A stretch of 64,000 nt of DNA from an uncultured Gammaproteobacteria bacterium (GTDB taxonomy: Bacteria > Pseudomonadota > Gammaproteobacteria > UBA6002), in assembly GCA_963705725.1 (NCBI GenBank), contig CAVPKM010000007.1, forward strand, positions 1 to 64,000, given 5' to 3'. Below are positions 18,930 through 27,980 of the stretch, in pieces. The translations under genes and the position numbers were made by a program. Each line of letters begins with the position of its first letter. Within the stretch, counting starts at the first letter, position 1. The notes under the pieces are model-generated. The model was given only the letters and a program-made list of their open reading frames with translations. It did no database searches and was not told the DNA's origin.

Positions 18930-19756
18930 ACTATCATGGTATCCTTTTCTTTTGCGAAGAGTCTTTTCAGAAACCCTTTTTTCGGTGCATTTAAAAATCG
19001 ATGAGGAATGTTATTACCTAAAAACCGCTGCACGGCATCTGAATAAGCCTGACCCGCATCACTTTCTTGATCAAGAATAACAGGTATGCCGGAATTTGAT
19101 GCTCTTAACACAGCAGGGGATTCTGGAATCACACCAAGCAAGGGGATGGCTAGGATATCTTGAACATCTTTAACGCTGAGCATATCACCTCGTTCAACTC
19201 GATTAGGTGAGTAGCGTGTGACAAGTAGGCGTGGTGGTGGAGGCTCATGACCTTCTTCTGCACGTTTTGTCTTGCTAGCAATAATGCCAATAATCCGATC
19301 AGAATCCCTGACAGACGAAATTTCAGGATTCGTCACTATCAGCGCTTGATCAGCGAAATGCATTGCCAGTAACGCACCTTTTTCGATGCCGGCAGGGGAG
19401 TCGCAAACAATGTAATCAAATTCATTACGAAGCTCATTTAATACCTTTTCAACCCCTTCAGTAGTGAGTGCGTCCTTGTCACGGGTTTGAGAGGCAGGAA
19501 GTATAAAAAGATTTTCGTGGCGTTTGTCCTTAATCATGGCTTGCCGAAGCCTCGCTTCACCATTTACGACATTGATGAGATCATAAACGACACGACCTTC
19601 ACAGCCCATGGCGAGATCCAAGTTTCTTAGCCCTACATCAAAATCAATGAGAATTGTTTTATAGCCCTGAACCGCTAAGCCAGTGCCAAAAGCAGCAGTG
19701 GTAGTGGTTTTACCTACGCCGCCTTTTCCGGAAGTTACTACAATTATTTCAGCCAT
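18926..19756 (-). CDS. minD: Septum site-determining ATPase
   Basis: TSGKGGVGKTTT, DFDVGLRNLDL, DSPAGIE, C-terminal KKGFLKRLF membrane helix. Confidence 0.97.
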   Translation of the reverse strand: MAEIIVVTSGKGGVGKTTTTAAFGTGLAVQGYKTILIDFDVGLRNLDLAMGCEGRVVYDLINVVNGEARLRQAMIKDKRHENLFILPASQTRDKDALTTEGVEKVLNELRNEFDYIVCDSPAGIEKGALLAMHFADQALIVTNPEISSVRDSDRIIGIIASKTKRAEEGHEPPPPRLLVTRYSPNRVERGDMLSVKDVQDILAIPLLGVIPESPAVLRASNSGIPVILDQESDAGQAYSDAVQRFLGNNIPHRFLNAPKKGFLKRLFAKEKDTMIV

Positions 19757-19825
19757 TTTTCTCTCTTGATCTTGGAAATTTTAAGGGATTTTACTTTTTT
19801 TTGGGTTTGAACGCTAGGATTATTG

Positions 19826-20491
19826 TTAACTGTAAAGATTGGCAATCCTAAGCTGATCATTATCTAAAAAAATTTGTACGGGTTCAGTGTGATTGACGTC
19901 TATTTCTTCTTGAAGTTTGTAGTGTCCGGCTATCGCGATGAGTTCGGCTTCTAAGTGTTGACAAAAAATTCGAGCTTTGGGTTCACCGCTTGCGCCAGCA
20001 ATTGCACGCCCGCGCAAATTACCATATACGTGAATATTCCCATCTGCCAGTATTTCCGCTCCATTGCTGACGGAAGATAAGATGATTAGATCGCTATCCT
20101 TAGCATAAATCTGCTGACCTGAGCGAACAGGTTGAGTAATAATTTTTGCTGTTTCAATTTTATTTGTAATCTTTGGAATATCATGGGTTTTAGTATCAGG
20201 TAAAATACCTAAGCCTGCATCTATAGCCGCTTTCGTTTGTTTTTCATTAGCATTGATTACCCCAACTGGGATAAGTCCTTTTGCTTTTAATAAAGCACTT
20301 ACCTCTGAATAATTAATGCTCGAATGAGATGGAATTTTTTGCAAATCGATAATGACTGGCATATGCTCAAAAAATTGAGGAGTTTTTTTAGTTAATTCGA
20401 GTAACTGATTTTCAAGTGTTGAATAATCTAAGTTAAGAAGTTGTAAAACACTAACTGTTATGATGCTGCCTTTTAATTGAAATGCGGTCAC
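19826..20491 (-). CDS. minC: Septum site-determining protein
   Basis: PVRSGQQIYA, GAEILADGNIHVYGNLRGRAIAG. Confidence 0.95.
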   Translation of the reverse strand: MTAFQLKGSIITVSVLQLLNLDYSTLENQLLELTKKTPQFFEHMPVIIDLQKIPSHSSINYSEVSALLKAKGLIPVGVINANEKQTKAAIDAGLGILPDTKTHDIPKITNKIETAKIITQPVRSGQQIYAKDSDLIILSSVSNGAEILADGNIHVYGNLRGRAIAGASGEPKARIFCQHLEAELIAIAGHYKLQEEIDVNHTEPVQIFLDNDQLRIANLYS

Positions 20492-20580
20492 TGTATCAGT
20501 CCTCTTAGCCCTTATCGTACTATAGTTACCAAATCAGGATAGATGGGCTTTCAAGAGTGGTCAAGGAAAAAGGCAAATGT

Positions 20581-22251
20581 ATGGATAAGAGATGGTTAAA
20601 AAATTATCCCGTAGGCGTTCCTGCTTTAATTCACAATGATTGCTACGCCTCATTAACTGATTTATTGCAGCAAAGCTGCCATGAATTCGAGGATAAAACT
20701 GCATTTGAAAATATGGATTGTCAATTGAGCTATGGGGAATTGCTAAAAAAAAGTCTTGCCTTGTCTGCTTATTTTCAAAAGAATCTCCAATTAGTGAAGG
20801 GAGATCGATTTGCTATTATATTACCAAATATTTTGCAATATCCCATTGCATTATTGGCAGGGCTGCAATTAGGGCTCACTATTGTAAACATCAATCCGCT
20901 CTATACCGCTCGTGAGGTACTCATCCCACTGAGTGATTCTGGTGCTAAAGCGCTCATAGTATTAGCAAATGTTGCTGAAAATATCCTCCCCATTCTACCG
21001 CAAACCCAGGTTAAACATGTTTTAGTGACGGAACTGGGAGATGAGTTAAGACCCTTTAAAAGGATAATAATTAATGGTTATCTCAGATATATCAAACACG
21101 CGGCACCCAATCTAAAATTTCAAACACTCATTCCTTATACAGAAGCACTGACTCAAGGTAAAAAACTTGCCTTTGATAGCGTCGAAATTTTGGAAACTGA
21201 TATTGCCTTTCTGCAGTATACAGGAGGAACAACCGGTGTTCCGAAAGGGGCAATGTTGACGCAACATAATTTATTAGCGAATGTCTTACAGTGCACGGCC
21301 TGGGTTAGCAGTGCCTTAGTACAAGGAAAAGAAAAAATTATTCTTGCCTTGCCGCTTTACCATATTTTTTCACTGACGGTCTCTCTTGCTTTCTGGAAGT
21401 TAGGCGGGAGTTCGTTGCTCATCACGAATCCAAAACGTTTATCTCATTTCGTCAAAGAATTAAATAAAAAATCTTTTTCTGTTTTTATTGGAGTGAATAC
21501 GCTCTACCAAATGCTATTAACACATCCTAATTTTTATCGAGTGAATTTCGATTCTTTAAAATTATCATTAGCGGGTGGAATGCCAATTACGCAATCCATT
21601 GCAGAGCAATGGTATCGACTTACTGGTAACGTAATTGTTGCCGGGTATGGTTTGACGGAAGCAAGTCCCGTGGTTTCGATCAATCCACTGTCTGCTGCCG
21701 TGTCAAGTTCGAGTGTAGGCTTGCCACTACCCTCAACTGAGGTGGCAATCATTGATCAAGAGGAAAAAATTTTACCGATGAATGAGGCGGGAGAGCTAAT
21801 TGTTCGTGGTCCTCAAGTGATGTTAGGGTATTGGCATCAATCTGAAGAAACAAAAAAGGTGCTAACAAAAGCAGGGTGGTTAAAAACCGGGGATATGGCG
21901 CGAATAGATGAAGCAGGCTACATCTATCTTCTTAGTCGTAAAAAAGATATGATTTTAGTTTCAGGTTTTAATGTTTATCCCAGTGAAATTGAAGAGGTCA
22001 TTGCCAGCCACCCAGGGGTGGCGGAAGTTGCGGTAATTGGAGTGATGCATCCAGAGTCAGGTGAATGTGTCAAAGCATTTGTCGTTAAAAAAGATGCTGA
22101 ATTAACAGAAAAAGCGATACGACAATTTTGCCGAGAAAGGCTCACTGGCTATAAACAACCCAAATTTATCGAATTTTGCATGGAATTACCTAAAAGTCAT
22201 GTTGGTAAGATTTTAAAAACTACCCTTAGAAAGAGGAGTGCTGTGCTATGA
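20581..22251 (+). CDS. fadD: Long-chain fatty acid-CoA ligase
   Basis: FLQYTGGTTGVPKGA, GYGLTEASP, GWLKTGD, RKKDMILVSGFNVYP. Confidence 0.88.
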   Translation: MDKRWLKNYPVGVPALIHNDCYASLTDLLQQSCHEFEDKTAFENMDCQLSYGELLKKSLALSAYFQKNLQLVKGDRFAIILPNILQYPIALLAGLQLGLTIVNINPLYTAREVLIPLSDSGAKALIVLANVAENILPILPQTQVKHVLVTELGDELRPFKRIIINGYLRYIKHAAPNLKFQTLIPYTEALTQGKKLAFDSVEILETDIAFLQYTGGTTGVPKGAMLTQHNLLANVLQCTAWVSSALVQGKEKIILALPLYHIFSLTVSLAFWKLGGSSLLITNPKRLSHFVKELNKKSFSVFIGVNTLYQMLLTHPNFYRVNFDSLKLSLAGGMPITQSIAEQWYRLTGNVIVAGYGLTEASPVVSINPLSAAVSSSSVGLPLPSTEVAIIDQEEKILPMNEAGELIVRGPQVMLGYWHQSEETKKVLTKAGWLKTGDMARIDEAGYIYLLSRKKDMILVSGFNVYPSEIEEVIASHPGVAEVAVIGVMHPESGECVKAFVVKKDAELTEKAIRQFCRERLTGYKQPKFIEFCMELPKSHVGKILKTTLRKRSAVL

Positions 22252-22390
22252 CCCCTTCGCCAGGAGAAGCATTTCGTCTTGCATTAGCTAATGAAAAACC
22301 CTTACAAATTGCAGTGCTGTGCTATGACCCCTTCGCCAGGAGAAGCATTTCGTCTTGCATTAGCTAATGAAAAACCCTTACAAATTGCAG
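22237..22390 (+). repeat. Exact 76-bp tandem duplication spanning the fadD stop and prpB start
   Basis: AGTGCTGTGCTATGACCCCTTCGCC...CCCTTACAAATTGCAG begins at 22237 and again at 22313. Confidence 0.95.
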
Positions 22391-23187
22391 GTACAATCAA
22401 TGCTTATATGGGGTTGATGGCTGAGCAATGTGGTTTTCGTGCCATTTATTTATCTGGGGCAGGTGTTGCAAATGCAGCTTTTGGCTGGCCCGATCTAGGT
22501 GTCACAACACTAAACGACGTGGTGACGGAAGTTTGGCGAATTACTCAAGCCACAACGCTACCGCTCTTAGTTGATGCTGACACAGGATGGGGAAATACGC
22601 TCAATATTTGTCGAGCAGTGAAAGAAATTGAAAAAGCAGGTGCAGCAGGTTTCCATCTGGAAGATCAAATTGACATCAAGCGCTGTGGTCATCGTCCGGG
22701 AAAAAAGTTAGTGGATGCAAAATTGATGTGCGATCGCATTAAGGCTGCGGTCGATAATCGAGAAGATGCTAATTTTATTATTATGGCAAGGACCGATGCA
22801 TTGGCGAATGAGGGCATTGAGGCTGCGGTTGATCGAGCTGCTCAGTATGTTGAAAGCGGAGCAGACATGATTTTTGTTGAGGCAGTAGAAGAATTGAATC
22901 AATATCAACCTTTTGTTCAAACCCTGGATGTCCCAATTTTAGCGAATATCACTGAATTTGGTAAAACCCCGCTATTTACAAAAGAGGAATTGCACCGGGT
23001 TGGCGTGGCCATGGCACTTTATCCCCTCAGCGCTTTTCGAGCGATGAGTAAGACAGCAATGGAAGTTTATCGCACGATAAAACAGGAAGGAACGCAAAAA
23101 AATTTGATTGCTAAAATGCAAACACGTGATGAGCTTTATCAAATTTTAGATTATCTTAATTACGAAAAAATGGCAGATTCGCAATAG
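22324..23187 (+). CDS. prpB: 2-methylisocitrate lyase
   Basis: IYLSGAGVA, LLVDADTGWG, KRCGHRPGK, ARTDA, ANITEFGKTP. Confidence 0.95.
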   Translation: MTPSPGEAFRLALANEKPLQIAGTINAYMGLMAEQCGFRAIYLSGAGVANAAFGWPDLGVTTLNDVVTEVWRITQATTLPLLVDADTGWGNTLNICRAVKEIEKAGAAGFHLEDQIDIKRCGHRPGKKLVDAKLMCDRIKAAVDNREDANFIIMARTDALANEGIEAAVDRAAQYVESGADMIFVEAVEELNQYQPFVQTLDVPILANITEFGKTPLFTKEELHRVGVAMALYPLSAFRAMSKTAMEVYRTIKQEGTQKNLIAKMQTRDELYQILDYLNYEKMADSQ

Positions 23188-23198
23188 AAGGAAAGAGC

Positions 23199-24329
23199 AT
23201 GACAAATAAAATTGCAGCTGGATTAGCTGGAATAATAGCAGGGGAAACATCGATCAGTAGCGTAGGCAAGGAAGGGATGGGCTTAAATTATCGTGGCTAT
23301 TCGATTTACGAATTAGCAGAACACGCAAGTTTCGAGGAAGTGGTTTATCTCCTTATTCGTGGTAAATTACCGACCAGACAACAACTCAAAAGCTATATTA
23401 AACTGCTTGAATCACTCCGTTATTTGCCCGAAACTTTAAAAGAAGTGTTGGAATTGATACCAGCAAATGCACATCCCATGGACGTTTTAAGAACAGGCTG
23501 TTCCTTCTTGGGGACGATAGAGCAAGAATCAGATCAATACGATGAATATTATCTTGCCGATCGACTTATTGCTTCATTTCCCACTATGCTACTTTACTGG
23601 TATCACTATCATGACAGTGGTAAAAAAATTTCTTGTGAAGTCACCGATGAGTCAATTGGGAGTTATTTTTTGCATTTGCTTCATGGCAAAGCCCCTCAAG
23701 CATTACAAGTGCGAGCCATGAATGTTTCTCTTATCCTCTATGCAGAGCATGAATTTAACGCCTCTACCTTTGCAGCGCGTGTCAGCGCCTCGACGGGTGC
23801 AGACTTTTATTCTGCTATTTGCTCTGCAATTGGCACACTAAGAGGTCCACTGCATGGCGGAGCGAATGAACAATCTATGGAATTGCTTGAAAGTTTTACT
23901 TCACCTGAAGAAGCACAAATGCAAATTCATGAAATGTTACATAATAAAACCTTAATCATGGGGTTTGGACATCGTGTTTATAAAACTTCAGATCCTCGTT
24001 CGGATGTGATTAAAACTTGGTCTAAAACTTTGGCTGATGCAACAGGGGATAAGGCTTTATTTCAAATATCTGAGCGCATAGAAAAAGTCATGTGGGAAGA
24101 AAAACGCTTATTTCCAAATTTAGATTTCTATAGTGCCTCTGTCTACCATTTTTGTGGTATTCCCACCAACATGTTTACCCCTATTTTTGTTTTTGCACGT
24201 ACCGCAGGATGGGCTGCGCATATCATAGAGCAGAGAAAGAACAATAAATTGATCAGACCACTCGCAGAGTATACTGGTCCTTCGCCCAGACCCTATATTC
24301 CTTTAGAGCAGCGGGTGGTTGCAGGGTGA
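23199..24329 (+). CDS. prpC: 2-methylcitrate synthase
   Basis: LYAEHEFNASTF, GPLHGGANE, GFGHRVY, FPNLDFYSA; follows prpB. Confidence 0.93.
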   Translation: MTNKIAAGLAGIIAGETSISSVGKEGMGLNYRGYSIYELAEHASFEEVVYLLIRGKLPTRQQLKSYIKLLESLRYLPETLKEVLELIPANAHPMDVLRTGCSFLGTIEQESDQYDEYYLADRLIASFPTMLLYWYHYHDSGKKISCEVTDESIGSYFLHLLHGKAPQALQVRAMNVSLILYAEHEFNASTFAARVSASTGADFYSAICSAIGTLRGPLHGGANEQSMELLESFTSPEEAQMQIHEMLHNKTLIMGFGHRVYKTSDPRSDVIKTWSKTLADATGDKALFQISERIEKVMWEEKRLFPNLDFYSASVYHFCGIPTNMFTPIFVFARTAGWAAHIIEQRKNNKLIRPLAEYTGPSPRPYIPLEQRVVAG

Positions 24330-24334
24330 CTTGC

Positions 24335-24392
24335 CCCAGGTATGAACATTTGTGCGTTGAACAGACTCTTACCCCGTGAGCATACGTTGCAG
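24335..24392 (+). repeat. Dispersed intergenic repeat, copy 2
   Basis: CCCAGGTATGAACATTTGTGCGTTGAACAGACTCTTACCCCGTGAGCA. Confidence 0.85.
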
Positions 24393-24424
24393 GTTTTTAG
24401 CACCTTAGTTAAAGGAAAAAATGA

Positions 24425-25654
24425 ATGAGTTATCAAAGACATAATAGCATTGCGGTTAAGGTTGGAAATGTCGTAATAGGCGGCAAAGCACCTATTGCAA
24501 TTCAATGCATGACAGATACCGATACGGCAAATGTAGGAGCAACGGTTAATCAAATATTGGAATGCGTTAATGCGGGATCTGAGCTAGTACGCTTTACTGT
24601 CAATAATGAGGAGGCAGCAAAAGCTGTTCCTTATATTCGAGATCAACTTCACCAGCAAGGTTGCTTTGTGCCATTGATTGGAGACTTCCATTATAATGGC
24701 CATACTTTGTTAACGGAATATCCTGAATGTGCAAGTGCGCTCGATAAGTATCGCATTAATCCTGGCAATGTGGGATTCGGTGAAAAACGAGATAAGCAAT
24801 TTGCTACCATGATCGAAGTCGCTTTGAAGTATGATAAACCCGTAAGAATTGGCGTAAATTGGGGTAGTCTTGATAAAGCGCTGGTTGTGGAATTAATGGA
24901 TAAAAATGCAAAAATAGCCAATCCCAAAAGTGCTCGAGAAGTCACGCACGAAGCTTTAATTTTATCAGCGATTAATAGTGCTAAATTTGCGGAAACATTA
25001 GGATTATCTGCGGATAAAATTATTCTTTCGTGCAAAGTGAGCGCAGTACAAGACTTAATTGCCGTTTATACAGAGCTAGCAAGAAGGTGTAACTATGCAT
25101 TACACCTTGGCTTGACTGAAGCAGGAATGGGTTCAAAAAGTATTGTAGCCTCAAGCATTGCCATGGGTGTGCTATTGCAACAAGGAATTGGCGATACGAT
25201 TCGAACTTCGTTAACCCCAGAACCAGGTGCAAAGCGCTCAAAAGAAGTGGTGGTCTCACAAGAAATTTTACAGACAATGGGGTTGCGTCATTTCAATCCA
25301 ATGGTAACAGCTTGTCCGGGTTGTGGTAGAACCACCAGTTCATTTTTTCGTGAATTAGCGCAAGAAATTCAAACTTACCTCAAAGAACAAATGCCAAAAT
25401 GGCGAGAACAATATTCAGGTGCCGAAAATATGACGGTGGCAGTCATGGGCTGTATAGTTAATGGTCCAGGTGAAAGCAAACATGCAAATATTGGGATTAG
25501 CTTGCCTGGAACAGGCGAGGAGCCATCAGCGCCCATCTTTATTGATGGTAAAAAATTCACAACATTGCGTGGAGCGAACATTTCTGCAGAATTTAAGCAG
25601 ATTATTGATGACTATGTTTCAAAAACCTATTCCCGTATTGTTGCTGTTCAATAG
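24425..25654 (+). CDS. ispG: HMBPP synthase (MEP pathway)
   Basis: [56 protein letters not shown]. Confidence 0.96.
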   Translation: MSYQRHNSIAVKVGNVVIGGKAPIAIQCMTDTDTANVGATVNQILECVNAGSELVRFTVNNEEAAKAVPYIRDQLHQQGCFVPLIGDFHYNGHTLLTEYPECASALDKYRINPGNVGFGEKRDKQFATMIEVALKYDKPVRIGVNWGSLDKALVVELMDKNAKIANPKSAREVTHEALILSAINSAKFAETLGLSADKIILSCKVSAVQDLIAVYTELARRCNYALHLGLTEAGMGSKSIVASSIAMGVLLQQGIGDTIRTSLTPEPGAKRSKEVVVSQEILQTMGLRHFNPMVTACPGCGRTTSSFFRELAQEIQTYLKEQMPKWREQYSGAENMTVAVMGCIVNGPGESKHANIGISLPGTGEEPSAPIFIDGKKFTTLRGANISAEFKQIIDDYVSKTYSRIVAVQ

Positions 25655-25662
25655 GGCTCTCT

Positions 25663-27099
25663 ATGTCAAATATTAATTTCCGTCCTGCTTTTGATAATGA
25701 AATCATAAAAATTGCGGATTATGTTGCAAATTACGAGATTAATTCAAGTTTAGCATTTGAAACCGCTTATTATGCTTTAATGGATACAATTGGCTGTGCA
25801 TTGCTTGCCTATCGCTTTCCAGAATGTGTCAACCTGCTTGGCCCAGTTACGCCAGATGAAATCGCTTTGCGGGGGGCAAAAGTACTAGGCAGCCAATTTC
25901 AACTCAATCCAGTACAAGCTGCCTTTAATACTGGCATCCTGATACGCTGGCTGGATTATAATGATACCTGGTTGGCGGCAGAGTGGGGTCACCCCTCTGA
26001 TAACTTAGGTGGTATTTTAGCGGTAAGTGATTATCTTTGCAGGCAATCTCTATCAATTGGAAAGGCGCCACTTCGTATTCATGATCTCTTAATAGCCATG
26101 ATCAAGGCTTATGAAATTCAAGGAATCCTTGCCTTAGAAAATAGTTTTAATCGCGTGGGCTTAGATCATGTGTTATTAGTAAAATTAGCCACAACCAGTG
26201 TAGTAACGCATTTACTCGGCGGTAATCATGAAACACTAATGAACGCAATTTCGTTAGTCTGGGTAGATGGTCAGAGTTTGCGTACCTATCGGCATGCGCC
26301 AAATACTGGCACGCGAAAATCTTGGGCGGCGGGAGATGCAACGAGTCGTGGTGTGTTTCTTGCCATGCTGGCCATTAAAGGTGAAATGGGGTATCCCAGT
26401 GCATTATCCGCCAAAGAATGGGGATTTTGTGATGTTTATTTGGGTGGACAACCGTTGGTATTAGCGCGAGATTTCGGATCCTATGTAATGGAAAATATTT
26501 TATTTAAGATAGCTTTTCCTGCTGAATTTCATGGGCAAACTGCCGTTGAATGTGCATTGCAGTTACATAACCAAGTTAAAAATAAACTAGATAAGATTGA
26601 AAAAATTATTATTCGAACACAAGAATCTGCCACACGTATTATTAATAAACAAGGACCCTTATATAACGCAGCAGATCGTGATCATTCCCTACAATATATG
26701 GTCGCAATTGCGCTGATTTATGGTGAACTGACAGCGGATCATTATCAGGAAGCAATTGCCAAGACTCCTTTGATCGATCAACTACGAGATAAAATGATGG
26801 TGCTGGAAGATAGCGAATTTAGTAGAGATTATCTCAACCCAGAAAAGCGATCCATTGCCAATGCCCTGCAAATTCAGTTCAACGATAATACCGAAACAGA
26901 GGAAGTGATGATTGAATATCCTTTAGGTCATCGGCAACGTCGAAATGAAGGGATTCCTTTACTGATTGAAAAGTTTAAAAATAATGTGGCAAGTCGTTTT
27001 CCAAAAGATCGGGCTAAATCCATTGAGTTAATTTTTGAAGATAAAACAAAACTTGCTGATATGGCGGTAAGCGATTTAATCAATTTATTTATTATTTAA
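25663..27099 (+). CDS. prpD: 2-methylcitrate dehydratase
   Basis: RWLDYNDTWLAAEWGHPSDNLG, RTYRHAPNTGTRKSWAAGDA, FPAEFHGQTAVE, EYPLGH. Confidence 0.95.
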   Translation: MSNINFRPAFDNEIIKIADYVANYEINSSLAFETAYYALMDTIGCALLAYRFPECVNLLGPVTPDEIALRGAKVLGSQFQLNPVQAAFNTGILIRWLDYNDTWLAAEWGHPSDNLGGILAVSDYLCRQSLSIGKAPLRIHDLLIAMIKAYEIQGILALENSFNRVGLDHVLLVKLATTSVVTHLLGGNHETLMNAISLVWVDGQSLRTYRHAPNTGTRKSWAAGDATSRGVFLAMLAIKGEMGYPSALSAKEWGFCDVYLGGQPLVLARDFGSYVMENILFKIAFPAEFHGQTAVECALQLHNQVKNKLDKIEKIIIRTQESATRIINKQGPLYNAADRDHSLQYMVAIALIYGELTADHYQEAIAKTPLIDQLRDKMMVLEDSEFSRDYLNPEKRSIANALQIQFNDNTETEEVMIEYPLGHRQRRNEGIPLLIEKFKNNVASRFPKDRAKSIELIFEDKTKLADMAVSDLINLFII

Positions 27100-27102
27100 T
27101 TC

Positions 27103-27840
27103 ATGCATTTTATTTTTGGTAATTATGGTAATAATACCATTGCGCTCATTCAATGGGCTTGGGTTAATCGACTTTCTTCTGTGACAGTTCTTCATGTCGA
27201 CACAAATTGGGGGGCGGCAATTTGGCAGCAACGTGTTACAGATGGCCAGGCTCTTGCCAAGAAATATCACTTTGATTTTATCACACTCAAACCTATCCAG
27301 GATTTTTCGAGTTTAATCCTAGATAGAAAGGCTTTTCCCACGGCAAAATTTCAATGGTGTCCAACTTTTCTAAAAGCCTTGCCCTTTTTATCCTGGTTAG
27401 ATGAAAACGATCCTGCTGCCCTTAGTACTATTTTATTAGGTAGTACGCGTCAAGATTCCGCGACAAAAGCAAATTTGCCTGAATTTGTCGAAGAACATGA
27501 ACATTATAACGATCGAAAAGTTTGGTATCCGCTATGCCATATTTCGGAGGAAGAGCGAAATCAATTGATCATTGATGCTGGCTTTTCAGTATTGCCTCAT
27601 CGCAGTCTAGAGTGTTTACCGTGTATCCATAGCCAATTGGTTGACTTGAAACATTTAGACACAGAGCAGCTCGCTAGAGTCAGTCAATTAGAAAATACGT
27701 TAAAGGATAATTGGTTCCAAGGTCGTTATCCAAAACAATCCATTACTGCCCTTTATCAACGAGCTCAGAATATTGAAGACTCCTCAATTCACCAACCCAT
27801 TGAGATGGGGTGTGGCTCTTTTTACGTTTGTGGTGAATAA
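27103..27840 (+). CDS. PAPS-reductase-like (PP-loop fold) protein with degenerate P-loop
   Basis: GNYGNNTIAL in the SGGKDS position, VDTNW, QWCPTFLK, ECLPCI, C-terminal GCGSFYVCG. Confidence 0.6.
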   Translation: MHFIFGNYGNNTIALIQWAWVNRLSSVTVLHVDTNWGAAIWQQRVTDGQALAKKYHFDFITLKPIQDFSSLILDRKAFPTAKFQWCPTFLKALPFLSWLDENDPAALSTILLGSTRQDSATKANLPEFVEEHEHYNDRKVWYPLCHISEEERNQLIIDAGFSVLPHRSLECLPCIHSQLVDLKHLDTEQLARVSQLENTLKDNWFQGRYPKQSITALYQRAQNIEDSSIHQPIEMGCGSFYVCGE

Positions 27841-27980
27841 AATTTGTAGCGATACTTCACTTCTAACGACAAATATTAATTAAAAATACTATAATTTTAA
27901 TGAATTCATTTATAAAATGATTAAATGAAGGGCTACATATTAACAATCAAGGACTGATTAATTACCTCCTGGGAGGAATT

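Noticed and set aside
24335-24392. Group II intron 5' end (GTGCG) or CRISPR repeat
   Set aside because: No domain V/VI, reverse transcriptase, regular spacers or cas genes are visible; the copies are kilobases apart and copy 1 has GTGCC.
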